Below, piece after piece: positions 56,901 through 64,000 of a stretch of 64,000 nt of DNA. The notes below the pieces were generated by a model. The model ran no database searches, had not been told where the DNA came from, and saw only the letters and a list, made by a program, of their open reading frames with translations. The translations under genes were made by a program, and so were the position numbers. The stretch lies in assembly GCA_015494075.1 (NCBI GenBank), contig WGBX01000079.1, forward strand, positions 1,911 to 65,910, in the 5' to 3' direction. This stretch comes from Flavobacteriaceae bacterium (lineage in GTDB: Bacteria > Bacteroidota > Bacteroidia > Flavobacteriales > Flavobacteriaceae). Each line of letters begins with the position of its first letter. Within the stretch, counting starts at the first letter, position 1.

Positions 56901-57788
56901 ATCGGTATAAGTATTAACCGGTGTGCCTACCGGAGGTTGATATGCTTGCATACGTTTTCCGGTTTGGTTATCTATTTGTATAAAATAGTTGGTTTCGTTA
57001 GTATATATATTTAAATTGGAATCATATTCATCAGACCATTCCTGATGACTTTGTGCATAAAATAAAATGTAATCTTCCGGGTCAAATTTACCATCGGATT
57101 CACCAATGACTTGTATCGCCACTTCTGAAATATCTGCCGGATAAGGTTCACTATTTAAAAGAGGCATGACTTTTCCACCATTACCATAAATTTTAAGGGT
57201 ATGCGGATCCAATTCTTCAAGGTTTATACCTAAAGACTTTAAAAACGTAGCATCTATTTTATAAATTCCGGTTTGATCGATCTTAAAACGATACCATTTA
57301 CCTGTTGATAAATGACTATCATAAATATTTTGTGCGTTAGTAATCTTATGGAAAGAATATTGCTTGGAGTTATAAACAATATCAAAAGAATTTAATCGAT
57401 AAAATTGTCCATTTTGCTTGATAAGGGTGTTAATTTCAAGGATAGCAAATGTTTTTTCACGAGCAAAACTATTTTTCAGAACCGGCTTAAAATTTTTCGG
57501 TAATTTATTAAATTTCATTTGTTTGATCCAAGATTCCGGAACAAGTTGCTTTTTAATATTCTTTATTTGGACATTATCCGAATCGATTTGATTAGATAAA
57601 ACCCAACTGGTTGAAAAGTATAAGTTATCAGAGCGATATTGATAATTTTTAGGCTGAAAATAAATAGTAGCATCAGGTTTAGTAACCTGCTTTGAAAAAT
57701 CAGACAGCCATTTAACATCAAAATGTTTCTGTTGGGCAAACGAAAATAATTGAACAGATAGAAAAAGAATAAAAATACTATTTTTCAT
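53976..57788 (-). CDS. porU: Type IX secretion system sortase PorU (C25 gingipain-like C-terminal signal peptidase)
   Basis: About 1270 aa, with a signal peptide from M31 of the long ORF (MKNSIFILFLSVQLFSFAQ), a central C25 peptidase-like region and a C-terminal T9SS CTD (GVYIYKLSVRTETGKTAQKVEKLVIL). It is adjacent to porV. Confidence 0.8.
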   Translation of the reverse strand: MKNSIFILFLSVQLFSFAQQKHFDVKWLSDFSKQVTKPDATIYFQPKNYQYRSDNLYFSTSWVLSNQIDSDNVQIKNIKKQLVPESWIKQMKFNKLPKNFKPVLKNSFAREKTFAILEINTLIKQNGQFYRLNSFDIVYNSKQYSFHKITNAQNIYDSHLSTGKWYRFKIDQTGIYKIDATFLKSLGINLEELDPHTLKIYGNGGKVMPLLNSEPYPADISEVAIQVIGESDGKFDPEDYILFYAQSHQEWSDEYDSNLNIYTNETNYFIQIDNQTGKRMQAYQPPVGTPVNTYTDYLARQFYEKDQTIFTYMGRKVFDKALDVSENTKTVEFSFPQRETDKPVFYKIKAATNKNQTNMTAFINGQLSGQANFYLSTYSVGADAAISGQKVIPDDLINIKVVYNNKNFFDAHLYLEYINISAFCRLTDIGKQYKFYHPDADTQQGIAAYDFTQAASIKQIWNITDRFNPTYFLNDQSDFRLNFLQEAHPRFIAVNPQDYYTPIKADEIVLDNQNLHKEVFYHTGQYKDLDYLIVAPEFLYNNAEQFAEMHRQNGLNVYVADLQKIYNEFGNGQQDISAIRNMIKYIYNNASSPDKRIKYVMLFGDASNDFKNLIKDNVLSNGVNSNIVPIFESLDAFNLVNSIGSDDFFVMMDDNEGRLENSNEQPDIAIGRLLVRNKDEANVLYEKYQNYLSLKTKQNWRTYVTLWADDADPGHPADVSFVTNTEEIAQKINEVHPEFNLVKIYQDAYQQVNTPGGARYPDAKRDLFNQFEKGTLILGYIGHGNEVALSHERILTMEDIPNLHNFNRLPLMTTMTCEFARFDNPTRETTAEHMIWKKDGGVLELVSTIREIWTSNAKNMNTDFYNALFGLESTMQGVIIKNPAEALRLAKVYTNSGIGKYNIAFLGDPGFDLGFANPKIVLTSVNNKPTDTLRALQHVTVKGEIQNVDGQIMSQYNGSIFPIVFDKYVQDETLDNDGNGFQLPFKKLGAKLFQGKSDIINGQFSFEFIVPKDVNLNYGKGRLSFYAVNETSEKIGADENIIIGGVDTQAAEDHEPPEIKAYLNNRDFVSGGLTNTNPFLILDLQDEHGINTTGGIGHDITAYLDDDQTQVYILNDFYETENNTYKQGSVKYRLYNISPGWHTLHIKAWDVYNNSRTTSLDFQVVEDDDLQIDHVLNYPNPFINYTEFWFNHNHPFENLDVLLQVFTISGKLVWQHRENIYTEGFNVRDIHWDGRDDFGNKLAKGVYIYKLSVRTETGKTAQKVEKLVIL

Positions 57789-57859
57789 AGGAAATAAAAA
57801 CGCATATATAATTAAATTATTGCAAGATAATAATTTTTTGTAGAGCCCAAATGATTTTG

Positions 57860-57867
57860 TAATTTTG
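57860..57867 (+). promoter_or_regulatory. Candidate -7 promoter box (TAATTTTG) for gldB-gldC
   Basis: TAnnTTTG 17 nt upstream of ATG 57885. It lies inside the 30-codon N-terminal extension of the long porU ORF. Confidence 0.45.
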
Positions 57868-57884
57868 CTTAAAAACATAAGAAC

Positions 57885-58865
57885 ATGAAGCAGTATATCA
57901 GCAGGTTGAATCTTATAATATATCTTTTTATTTGGCTTTCTATCTTTTCCGCCTGTCAGCCTAAAAATAAATTAACGGTTGATGTTTCTAAAATACCGGT
58001 AAATTTAAAAATAATTCGTTTTGATACTATATTTTACAATCAAAATCCTCAAAAATTATCTACTATTAAAAAACAATTTCCTTATATGTTTCCGGGCTAT
58101 GTTGCTGATAGTGTGTGGTATAAAAAAATGCAAGATTCATTACTTAAAGATTTAAAAACTCAAGTAGATAGTGTTTATCCAGACAATAGTAAAATAGCAC
58201 CGGATTTAATATCACTTTTTAAACATATCAAATATTATTACCCACGCTTTAAAATACCCGAAATTATAACATTATATTCTGATTGGAATTATTTAAAAAA
58301 AGCAGTCTATTTAGACAGCTTAGAATTGTTAACGCTTGACAACTTTTTAGGTGCTGAAAATCGTTTATATAAAGGCATTCCGGCATACATAAAACAAAAT
58401 ATGACCCCTGAACAAATTCCGGTTGCTGTGGCTCAAAGCATTATTGACACTCAAGTCAGGCCACCTAAAAGTAAAAATTTATTATCTAAAATGATTAATT
58501 ACGGGAAACAATTATATCTATTAGATGCTTATTTACCACAAACTTCCGATGCTTTAAAAATAGGTTATTCGCCACAAAAAATGCATTGGGCTCAGCAAAA
58601 TGAAGAAGCGGTTTGGCAATATTTTATAGAAAATAATTTGCTATACGACACACAAACTAATTTAAATATTCGTTTTTTAAATTTAGCACCATATAGTAAA
58701 TTTTACACTGAGAAAGACCAAGAAAGCCCCGGATATATAGGTCGTTTTATAGGTTGGCAAATTGTCCGTTCTTTTATGCAAAAAAATAAAGTATCTTTGC
58801 ACAAACTTTTGCAAATGCCGGAAGAAGAAATCTTTAAAAAATCAAAATATAAACCTAAAAAATAA
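57885..58865 (+). CDS. gldB: Gliding motility lipoprotein GldB
   Basis: Lipoprotein signal (LSIFSAC) and about 325 aa. It is followed with a 1-nt overlap by a 117-aa gene, the gldB-gldC arrangement described in Flavobacterium johnsoniae. Confidence 0.65.
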   Translation: MKQYISRLNLIIYLFIWLSIFSACQPKNKLTVDVSKIPVNLKIIRFDTIFYNQNPQKLSTIKKQFPYMFPGYVADSVWYKKMQDSLLKDLKTQVDSVYPDNSKIAPDLISLFKHIKYYYPRFKIPEIITLYSDWNYLKKAVYLDSLELLTLDNFLGAENRLYKGIPAYIKQNMTPEQIPVAVAQSIIDTQVRPPKSKNLLSKMINYGKQLYLLDAYLPQTSDALKIGYSPQKMHWAQQNEEAVWQYFIENNLLYDTQTNLNIRFLNLAPYSKFYTEKDQESPGYIGRFIGWQIVRSFMQKNKVSLHKLLQMPEEEIFKKSKYKPKK

Positions 58866-59218
58866 TGGCAATAAAACATCAAAGTAAAGTCGTATTCGAA
58901 GTTGGTTTGGATGAAAATCGTATTCCTGAAAAAATCACTTGGTCAGCGGATGATGCCGGCATCAATCACGAACCGGCAGAAGCTATCATGATTTCTGTTT
59001 GGAATGATCAAAAAAAGGAAACACTCCGAATGGATTTATGGACAAAAGAAATGAAATTATTTGAAATGCGCGTATTTTTTTATCAAACCTTAAAATCAAT
59101 GGCTGATGTTTATCGTAAAGCTACAGGTGATGATAAAATGGCCGACACCATGTTGGATTTTGTTGATTATTTTCATGAAAAATTGGAACTTGACCAGCAA
59201 CAAGATCAATCAAAATAA
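58865..59218 (+). CDS. gldC: Gliding motility protein GldC
   Basis: 117-aa soluble protein (VVFEVGLDENRIPEKITWSADDAG) translationally coupled to gldB. Confidence 0.65.
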   Translation: MAIKHQSKVVFEVGLDENRIPEKITWSADDAGINHEPAEAIMISVWNDQKKETLRMDLWTKEMKLFEMRVFFYQTLKSMADVYRKATGDDKMADTMLDFVDYFHEKLELDQQQDQSK

Positions 59219-59262
59219 TTAGAAAGAACTAACCGGAATAACGGTCTTAAATTTTAAATATA

Positions 59263-60282
59263 ATGATTCAACAAATAGAACAATATCTCGAAGAGGTTCA
59301 AAATTTTAATGCCACCGACCTAAAAGATGTCGAGGCTTTTCGTATTAAGTTTCTAGGAAAAAAAGGAATTTTAAATCAACTTTTTTCTGAATTTAAAAAT
59401 GTACCAAATAATGAAAAAAAGCTTTTTGGTCAAAAAATTAACCAATTGAAACAAACTGCCACCGAAAAGGTGCAAAGTTTAAAAGAAAATTTAGAAAACA
59501 GTCTGGAAGAGCAAGGTAGTCAATTAGATTTGACACGTCCGGGTTATCCGGTTGAAATAGGTAGCCGGCATCCCATTTCTATTGTTAAAAACCAAATTAT
59601 AGATATTTTTAAGAATATAGGTTTTAATGTATCGGAAGGACCTGAGATTGAAGATGATTGGCATAATTTTACAGCTTTAAATTTACCTGAGTATCATCCT
59701 GCAAGAGATATGCAAGATACTTTTTTCTTACAACAAAATCCTGATTGGCTACTTCGCACACACACTTCATCAGTACAGACTAGATATATGGAAGCGCATC
59801 AACCGCCAATCAGAACCATCTCACCAGGGCGCGTATATAGAAATGAAGATATATCGGCCCGTTCACATTGTATTTTTCATCAAGTAGAAGGACTTTATAT
59901 AGACAAAGGTGTTAGTTTTGCTGACTTGAAACAAACCTTATTATATTTCACCAAAGAAATGTTTGGTAAAAGTAAAATTCGCTTAAGACCTTCATATTTT
60001 CCTTTTACAGAACCAAGTGCAGAAGTTGATATTTATTGGGGACTAGAAACAGAAACAGACAAGCGAATCACCAAAGGAACAGGTTGGCTTGAGATAATGG
60101 GAGCTGGTATGGTTGATCCTAATGTGCTGAAAAACATGAATATTGATCCGGAAGAATATACCGGCTTTGCTTTTGGGATGGGAATAGAACGTATAGCTAT
60201 GTTACTATATCAAATACCGGATATTCGTATGTTTTATGAAAATGACCTTCGTTTTTTAAATCAGTTTAAACCAATTATCTAA
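59263..60282 (+). CDS. pheS: Phenylalanine--tRNA ligase alpha subunit
   Basis: [24 protein letters not shown] and FPFTEPS class II synthetase motifs. Confidence 0.97.
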   Translation: MIQQIEQYLEEVQNFNATDLKDVEAFRIKFLGKKGILNQLFSEFKNVPNNEKKLFGQKINQLKQTATEKVQSLKENLENSLEEQGSQLDLTRPGYPVEIGSRHPISIVKNQIIDIFKNIGFNVSEGPEIEDDWHNFTALNLPEYHPARDMQDTFFLQQNPDWLLRTHTSSVQTRYMEAHQPPIRTISPGRVYRNEDISARSHCIFHQVEGLYIDKGVSFADLKQTLLYFTKEMFGKSKIRLRPSYFPFTEPSAEVDIYWGLETETDKRITKGTGWLEIMGAGMVDPNVLKNMNIDPEEYTGFAFGMGIERIAMLLYQIPDIRMFYENDLRFLNQFKPII

Positions 60283-60304
60283 AAATTTCAATTTTTTTAT
60301 ATAT

Positions 60305-60332
60305 AAAAGCCGCCAAGATATTGACGGCTTTT
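60305..60332. terminator. Bidirectional hairpin terminator between pheS and the T9SS cargo gene
   Basis: AAAAGCCGCCAA-GATA-TTGACGGCTTTT. The stem is 12 bp with one mismatch and is flanked by A/T runs. Confidence 0.7.
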
Positions 60333-60352
60333 ATTATTTTAAATCAAAATCT

Positions 60353-62401
60353 TTATTTGATTAATAGTTTTGTGGTGAATACCTTCTGATCTTGCGATAA
60401 AATCTTAGCCAAATAAATACCTGTTGTTAAACGTACCGGAATAGTTATTTTAGCATCATTACGCATTAATTTTTCAGACAAAATTATTTGACCTGTTAAA
60501 TTATATAAATTAATTTTTTCAATATTCTGCTGTTGTGCATTTAAAATAACAATGGCACTTTCAAGAGTATTATAATAGGCTGAAACATTATTCAATTTTA
60601 TTTGTTCATTGTTTAAAGCAGCTTTTTTGAAAACCAATTCAAACCGACCATCATAGTTACCGGCATTTAAAAATATTGTAAAATTCGTATCTGCATTAAT
60701 AAGATGATAACTATCATCAAACTGGTCATATATATATATATCACTTACGCCTGCAGGTAAATTTTCAACGGCATCTAAACTAAAACTAACCGAATCATCT
60801 GTATCAATTACCACTTTTAAAGGTAAGTGTGTGTCTTCTGTAAGTTCAGGTATAGCTTGAATTAAATAAGATTTTTCATTAATATTCCAAGTCATGTCTG
60901 CTCCCGGATAATCTGTATCAAAATTAGGTGCATCCCAACCAATATCAATACCCTCGGTTGTTTGTGGTCGTACACCTAATAATAATTGCCTATGATAATT
61001 TTCAGGTGTGGTAAAACCTAAACGAATATTAGTTAAAGCAGCCGGCCGAATAAACACACTGTTACTGCCTTCTGTTACAAATTTACGTTGTGCATTATTA
61101 AATATAATACTGCCGCCATCATTAGTAGATTCTGACCATACAAAAAAACCTTGTGCGACAGGCACGTATCTTTGTGGTGTTTTAGTTCCAACGGTGGTAG
61201 TACCAGTTTGCCAATCGGTAGCCGGTGTTCCTCCGGTTAAATTGTAAACTGCATAACCGCCTTCATAGTTGGCCCCAAAGTGATCATTACCACCGGTATG
61301 TTCCCAAAAATATAAGTTACCATTAAAAATATCATTACTGTTATTGCCACCATTATCTACGGATATATTATCCAAGATAAATTGATCAGCATCTAAAGCA
61401 CTCGGATATGGATTACCAATTAAATAATCATGATCAGGTGAAATAGTCACACTATAATCACCATCATTAGGACTACCTGAAAATGTCCAACTTTTATATT
61501 CAGTCGTTTCAGTACCATTGGCTGCATTTAATGCGGCATCTACTCCCGGCCCTTTCATTGTATAACCTTCTCCTGGCAATGTGGTGCCATTTTGTTGTAA
61601 ATGGTTATCATACCATCCTTGGTAACTACCATCTAAACCATTTTTAAAAGCGTAAACCCAATAAGCATTTAATGAAACCGGATGAGATGTCTGTGCCGGC
61701 AAATCACTGGTAGAAGCATAATTACTTACTATATTAATGTCAGGGTAACTGCTTTTAGCTACATTATCTCCTGTTGCACCGTCTTTTAAATAGCTCATTC
61801 GCCAAACTCCATCTCTATTCACCGGCGCTGCCCAATAATTGTAATAATATTGATTGGTTGTACCTTGTTGATCAATCCAAATATAGTTTGCTCCACTATT
61901 GGTAGTAGTACCTGTGTGAGTTTGAACTAATTGAGCGGTATCTATTAATCTTAAATCACCGTCTAAAGTAATTGCATTGTGAACCGTTAAAACTTGACCA
62001 TCTGATACTTTGTAATCAAAATCAACACTCCCATCTGCAATATTCATACCTTGAGCTTCTACTAAAAAATCCTGTATAACTGAATTATTGGCATTATTAA
62101 TGTTTAAATTATTAAAGTATGCAACAGCTGTTCCTTGAATATGCTGTTCATTATTACCGCTAAATTCAGTCGTACCTGTTGCTGCCGAATCCATAGTCCC
62201 ATTATTGATAAAATTATCTCCTTTCATTATGAAAGTCCCATTATTTGACCATGTGTAGCTGGTACCGTTATCGTTAATAACATCAATGCCGGCTACATAT
62301 AAAGTCGTTCCGGTTTCAATTTTCAAGTTTCCTTTATTGACAAGCTGCCCGGACATTACAAAAGACCACAAAATGAGCGATAAAAAAGTAAAAGTTTTCA
62401 T
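60353..62401 (-). CDS. Secreted protein of unknown function with T9SS type-A C-terminal sorting domain
   Basis: Signal peptide and an Asn/Gly/Thr-rich repetitive N-terminal region (NNGT.., FINNG). The C-terminal approximately 80 aa carry T9SS CTD motifs (INLYNLTGQII ... GIYLAKI ... KLLIK). Confidence 0.75.
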   Translation of the reverse strand: MKTFTFLSLILWSFVMSGQLVNKGNLKIETGTTLYVAGIDVINDNGTSYTWSNNGTFIMKGDNFINNGTMDSAATGTTEFSGNNEQHIQGTAVAYFNNLNINNANNSVIQDFLVEAQGMNIADGSVDFDYKVSDGQVLTVHNAITLDGDLRLIDTAQLVQTHTGTTTNSGANYIWIDQQGTTNQYYYNYWAAPVNRDGVWRMSYLKDGATGDNVAKSSYPDINIVSNYASTSDLPAQTSHPVSLNAYWVYAFKNGLDGSYQGWYDNHLQQNGTTLPGEGYTMKGPGVDAALNAANGTETTEYKSWTFSGSPNDGDYSVTISPDHDYLIGNPYPSALDADQFILDNISVDNGGNNSNDIFNGNLYFWEHTGGNDHFGANYEGGYAVYNLTGGTPATDWQTGTTTVGTKTPQRYVPVAQGFFVWSESTNDGGSIIFNNAQRKFVTEGSNSVFIRPAALTNIRLGFTTPENYHRQLLLGVRPQTTEGIDIGWDAPNFDTDYPGADMTWNINEKSYLIQAIPELTEDTHLPLKVVIDTDDSVSFSLDAVENLPAGVSDIYIYDQFDDSYHLINADTNFTIFLNAGNYDGRFELVFKKAALNNEQIKLNNVSAYYNTLESAIVILNAQQQNIEKINLYNLTGQIILSEKLMRNDAKITIPVRLTTGIYLAKILSQDQKVFTTKLLIK

Positions 62402-62424
62402 AGAAACAATTTATTAATTTTTAA

Positions 62425-62432
62425 CAAAGTTA
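62425..62432 (-). promoter_or_regulatory. Candidate -7 promoter box (TAACTTTG) for the T9SS cargo gene
   Basis: TAnnTTTG on the minus strand, 23 nt upstream of ATG 62401. Confidence 0.45.
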
Positions 62433-62461
62433 TAAAAATTCATTTAATATACAGTATTTTT

Positions 62462-63262
62462 TTATATATTTTCGCACGAATCCCAATCTAAACCGACTTT
62501 AAATGCATTTCTTGCATTTTGCAATGTTTTTTTATCTAATTCAAATGTCAGATTTTTTTCCTGAAAAGAAGGAGCAAATGTCAATATTTTACCATGTGGA
62601 TCAATAATTTTCGTATCACCTGAATGTGCATTATTATGCCCATCTTTACCAATACGATTAACCCACAAAACATAAGACTGATTTTCGATAGCACGCGCTT
62701 TTAATAAATTTTCATAAGCGTATTTACGTTTTTCAGGCCAATTTGCTACAAAAATTATGCCATCATAAGCAAACTGATCATTCTCAGAATCATATTGGTT
62801 GCGAGCCCAACAAGGAAAACGTAAGTCGTAACAAATTTGTAATAGGAAACGCCAAGACTTGTATTTTACAATTGTACGTGTTTTACCGGCTGTCATAATT
62901 TTATGTTCCCCTCCCATTTGAAATAAATGTTTCTTATCATAATAAGTATAACGACCATCAGGTGGCATCCAATACATACGGTTATAATATCGTCCTTCAA
63001 ATTCTGTTAACACACTCCCCACCATTACTTTTTGAAGCTTTGCAGCTTTCAGCTTCAGCCATTCAAAAACTTGTTTTCCTACAGGTTTGGCAAAGTTTTT
63101 TATATTCATTGTAAAACCTGTTGCAAACATCTCAGGTAAAACTATGACATCTGTATCAGGATCAATATGCTTTAAAATTGCATCAAATTTATTCAGATTT
63201 GCTAATTCATCTTCCCATACCAAATCTGTCTGTAATAATGAAAACTTTATTTTATGACTCAT
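62462..63262 (-). CDS. Carbon-nitrogen hydrolase (omega-amidase, YafV-like)
   Basis: Nitrilase-superfamily layout with VLPEMF (Glu), a Lys region and ICYDLRFP (catalytic Cys). It overlaps the upstream aminotransferase by 4 nt. Confidence 0.8.
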   Translation of the reverse strand: MSHKIKFSLLQTDLVWEDELANLNKFDAILKHIDPDTDVIVLPEMFATGFTMNIKNFAKPVGKQVFEWLKLKAAKLQKVMVGSVLTEFEGRYYNRMYWMPPDGRYTYYDKKHLFQMGGEHKIMTAGKTRTIVKYKSWRFLLQICYDLRFPCWARNQYDSENDQFAYDGIIFVANWPEKRKYAYENLLKARAIENQSYVLWVNRIGKDGHNNAHSGDTKIIDPHGKILTFAPSFQEKNLTFELDKKTLQNARNAFKVGLDWDSCENI

Positions 63263-64000
63263 ATTTTTCTTAAAATTTCAGTAGCTTTTAATAATGTTTC
63301 ATTTTCTTTTGGAAAAGCAAATCGCAAAAGGTATTGATTTTTTTTATCATGATAAAAAGCTGACACCGGTATCGCAGCAACACCTTTTTCTTTAGTTAGC
63401 CAACTTGCAAACTCAATTTCAGGCATATTAGATATGTCACTATAATCTAACAATTGGAAATAAGTTCCATGTGCCGGTAATACTTTAAATCTTGAACCTT
63501 TTAAATTTGTCACAAAATAATCTCTTTTGGTTTGGTAAAACTCCGGCAAGTTTAGATAATTTTCGGGGTTTTCAAGGTAATCAGCTAAGGCGTACTGAAT
63601 AGGTGTATTTACTGAAAACACATTAAATTGATGAACTTTTCTAAACTCTGACATTAAATCAGCCGGTCCTGTAACGAAACCCGTTTTCCAACCAGTCGCA
63701 TGAAAAGTTTTTCCAAATGAATAAACAGCTATAGTTCTTTGAAACAATTCGTCAAATTTGAGAGCACTCTGATGTTGCAAACCATCAAAAATAATATGTT
63801 CATAAACCTCATCACTTAATACAACAATATTGGTTTGATTGGTAATTTCGGCCAATTGGATCATGTCCGTTTTTGAAAATACAAAACCTCCCGGATTATT
63901 TGGGGTATTAATAATAATCATTTTTGTTTTTGAGGTAATTAAATCTTTGACTTTTTGCCAATCTATATGAAAATCCGGAGCTGATAATGATACATACTTA
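63259..64000 (-). CDS. PLP-dependent aminotransferase (YbdL/methionine-glutamine transaminase-like), 5' end outside window
   Basis: The frame stays open upstream of the ORF-track Met through the window edge (...FHIDWQKVKDLITSKTKMIIINTPNNPGG). The PLP-lysine motif is YSFGKTFHATGWK. Confidence 0.8.
   Translation of the reverse strand, partial: KYVSLSAPDFHIDWQKVKDLITSKTKMIIINTPNNPGGFVFSKTDMIQLAEITNQTNIVVLSDEVYEHIIFDGLQHQSALKFDELFQRTIAVYSFGKTFHATGWKTGFVTGPADLMSEFRKVHQFNVFSVNTPIQYALADYLENPENYLNLPEFYQTKRDYFVTNLKGSRFKVLPAHGTYFQLLDYSDISNMPEIEFASWLTKEKGVAAIPVSAFYHDKKNQYLLRFAFPKENETLLKATEILRKI

Noticed and set aside
57789-57878. 30-codon N-terminal extension of porU, which would leave only 6 bp to gldB.
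   Set aside because: The extension lacks signal-peptide character, whereas M31 begins a canonical signal peptide. The gldB -7 box (57860-57867) lies inside the extension.
1-64000. Searched for mobile elements, CRISPR arrays, prophage remnants, restriction-modification, toxin-antitoxin or known defence-system genes, and for a compositional island.
   Set aside because: No transposase, integrase, recombinase, reverse transcriptase, nuclease-helicase or short repeat-spacer structure is visible. Every ORF over 100 aa on the coding pattern has a plausible housekeeping or envelope assignment. Composition is uniform apart from the RNA genes and one Gly-rich tract.

Overview
AT-rich (about one-third GC by eye), densely packed chromosomal segment. 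It is almost certainly from a Bacteroidota bacterium, probably Flavobacteriia-like. Supporting evidence: T9SS genes porQ, porU and porV; gliding genes gldB and gldC; a T9SS C-terminal-domain cargo protein; and TAnnTTTG -7 promoter boxes with no Shine-Dalgarno sequences. I call about 60 protein genes, one tRNA(CAT), one cobalamin riboswitch, several hairpin terminators and 18 candidate promoters. Most genes are core housekeeping: recN, alaS, pheS, murA, pgi, pdxH, cmk, cdd, menD, relA/spoT, tcdA, ftcD, phoH, mlaEF and cbpAM. I see no transposase, integrase, CRISPR array, restriction-modification, toxin-antitoxin or recognisable phage-defence gene, and no compositional island. I therefore cannot honestly nominate a clear novel system. 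The more interesting items are all hypotheses: (1) a strongly promoted 70-aa ORF next to the tRNA that is essentially a signal peptide, a proline-rich spacer and a PID-TM-basic C-terminal sorting-signal-like tail; (2) a B12 riboswitch driving a BtuB-like receptor and a beta-propeller lipoprotein; (3) a translationally coupled SAM hydroxide adenosyltransferase and DUF3810 metalloprotease-like pair; (4) a coupled ALDH and GMC oxidoreductase pair whose flavoenzyme carries a CxxCxxCxxxC motif; (5) envelope modules DUF4870-PadR-PspC-LiaF-like and M23-MerR-LemA-TPM-TPM; (6) a Crp-TolC-HlyD-ABC-2 permease operon with no ATPase. All family assignments come from reading motifs by eye and from memory. 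No database search was run.
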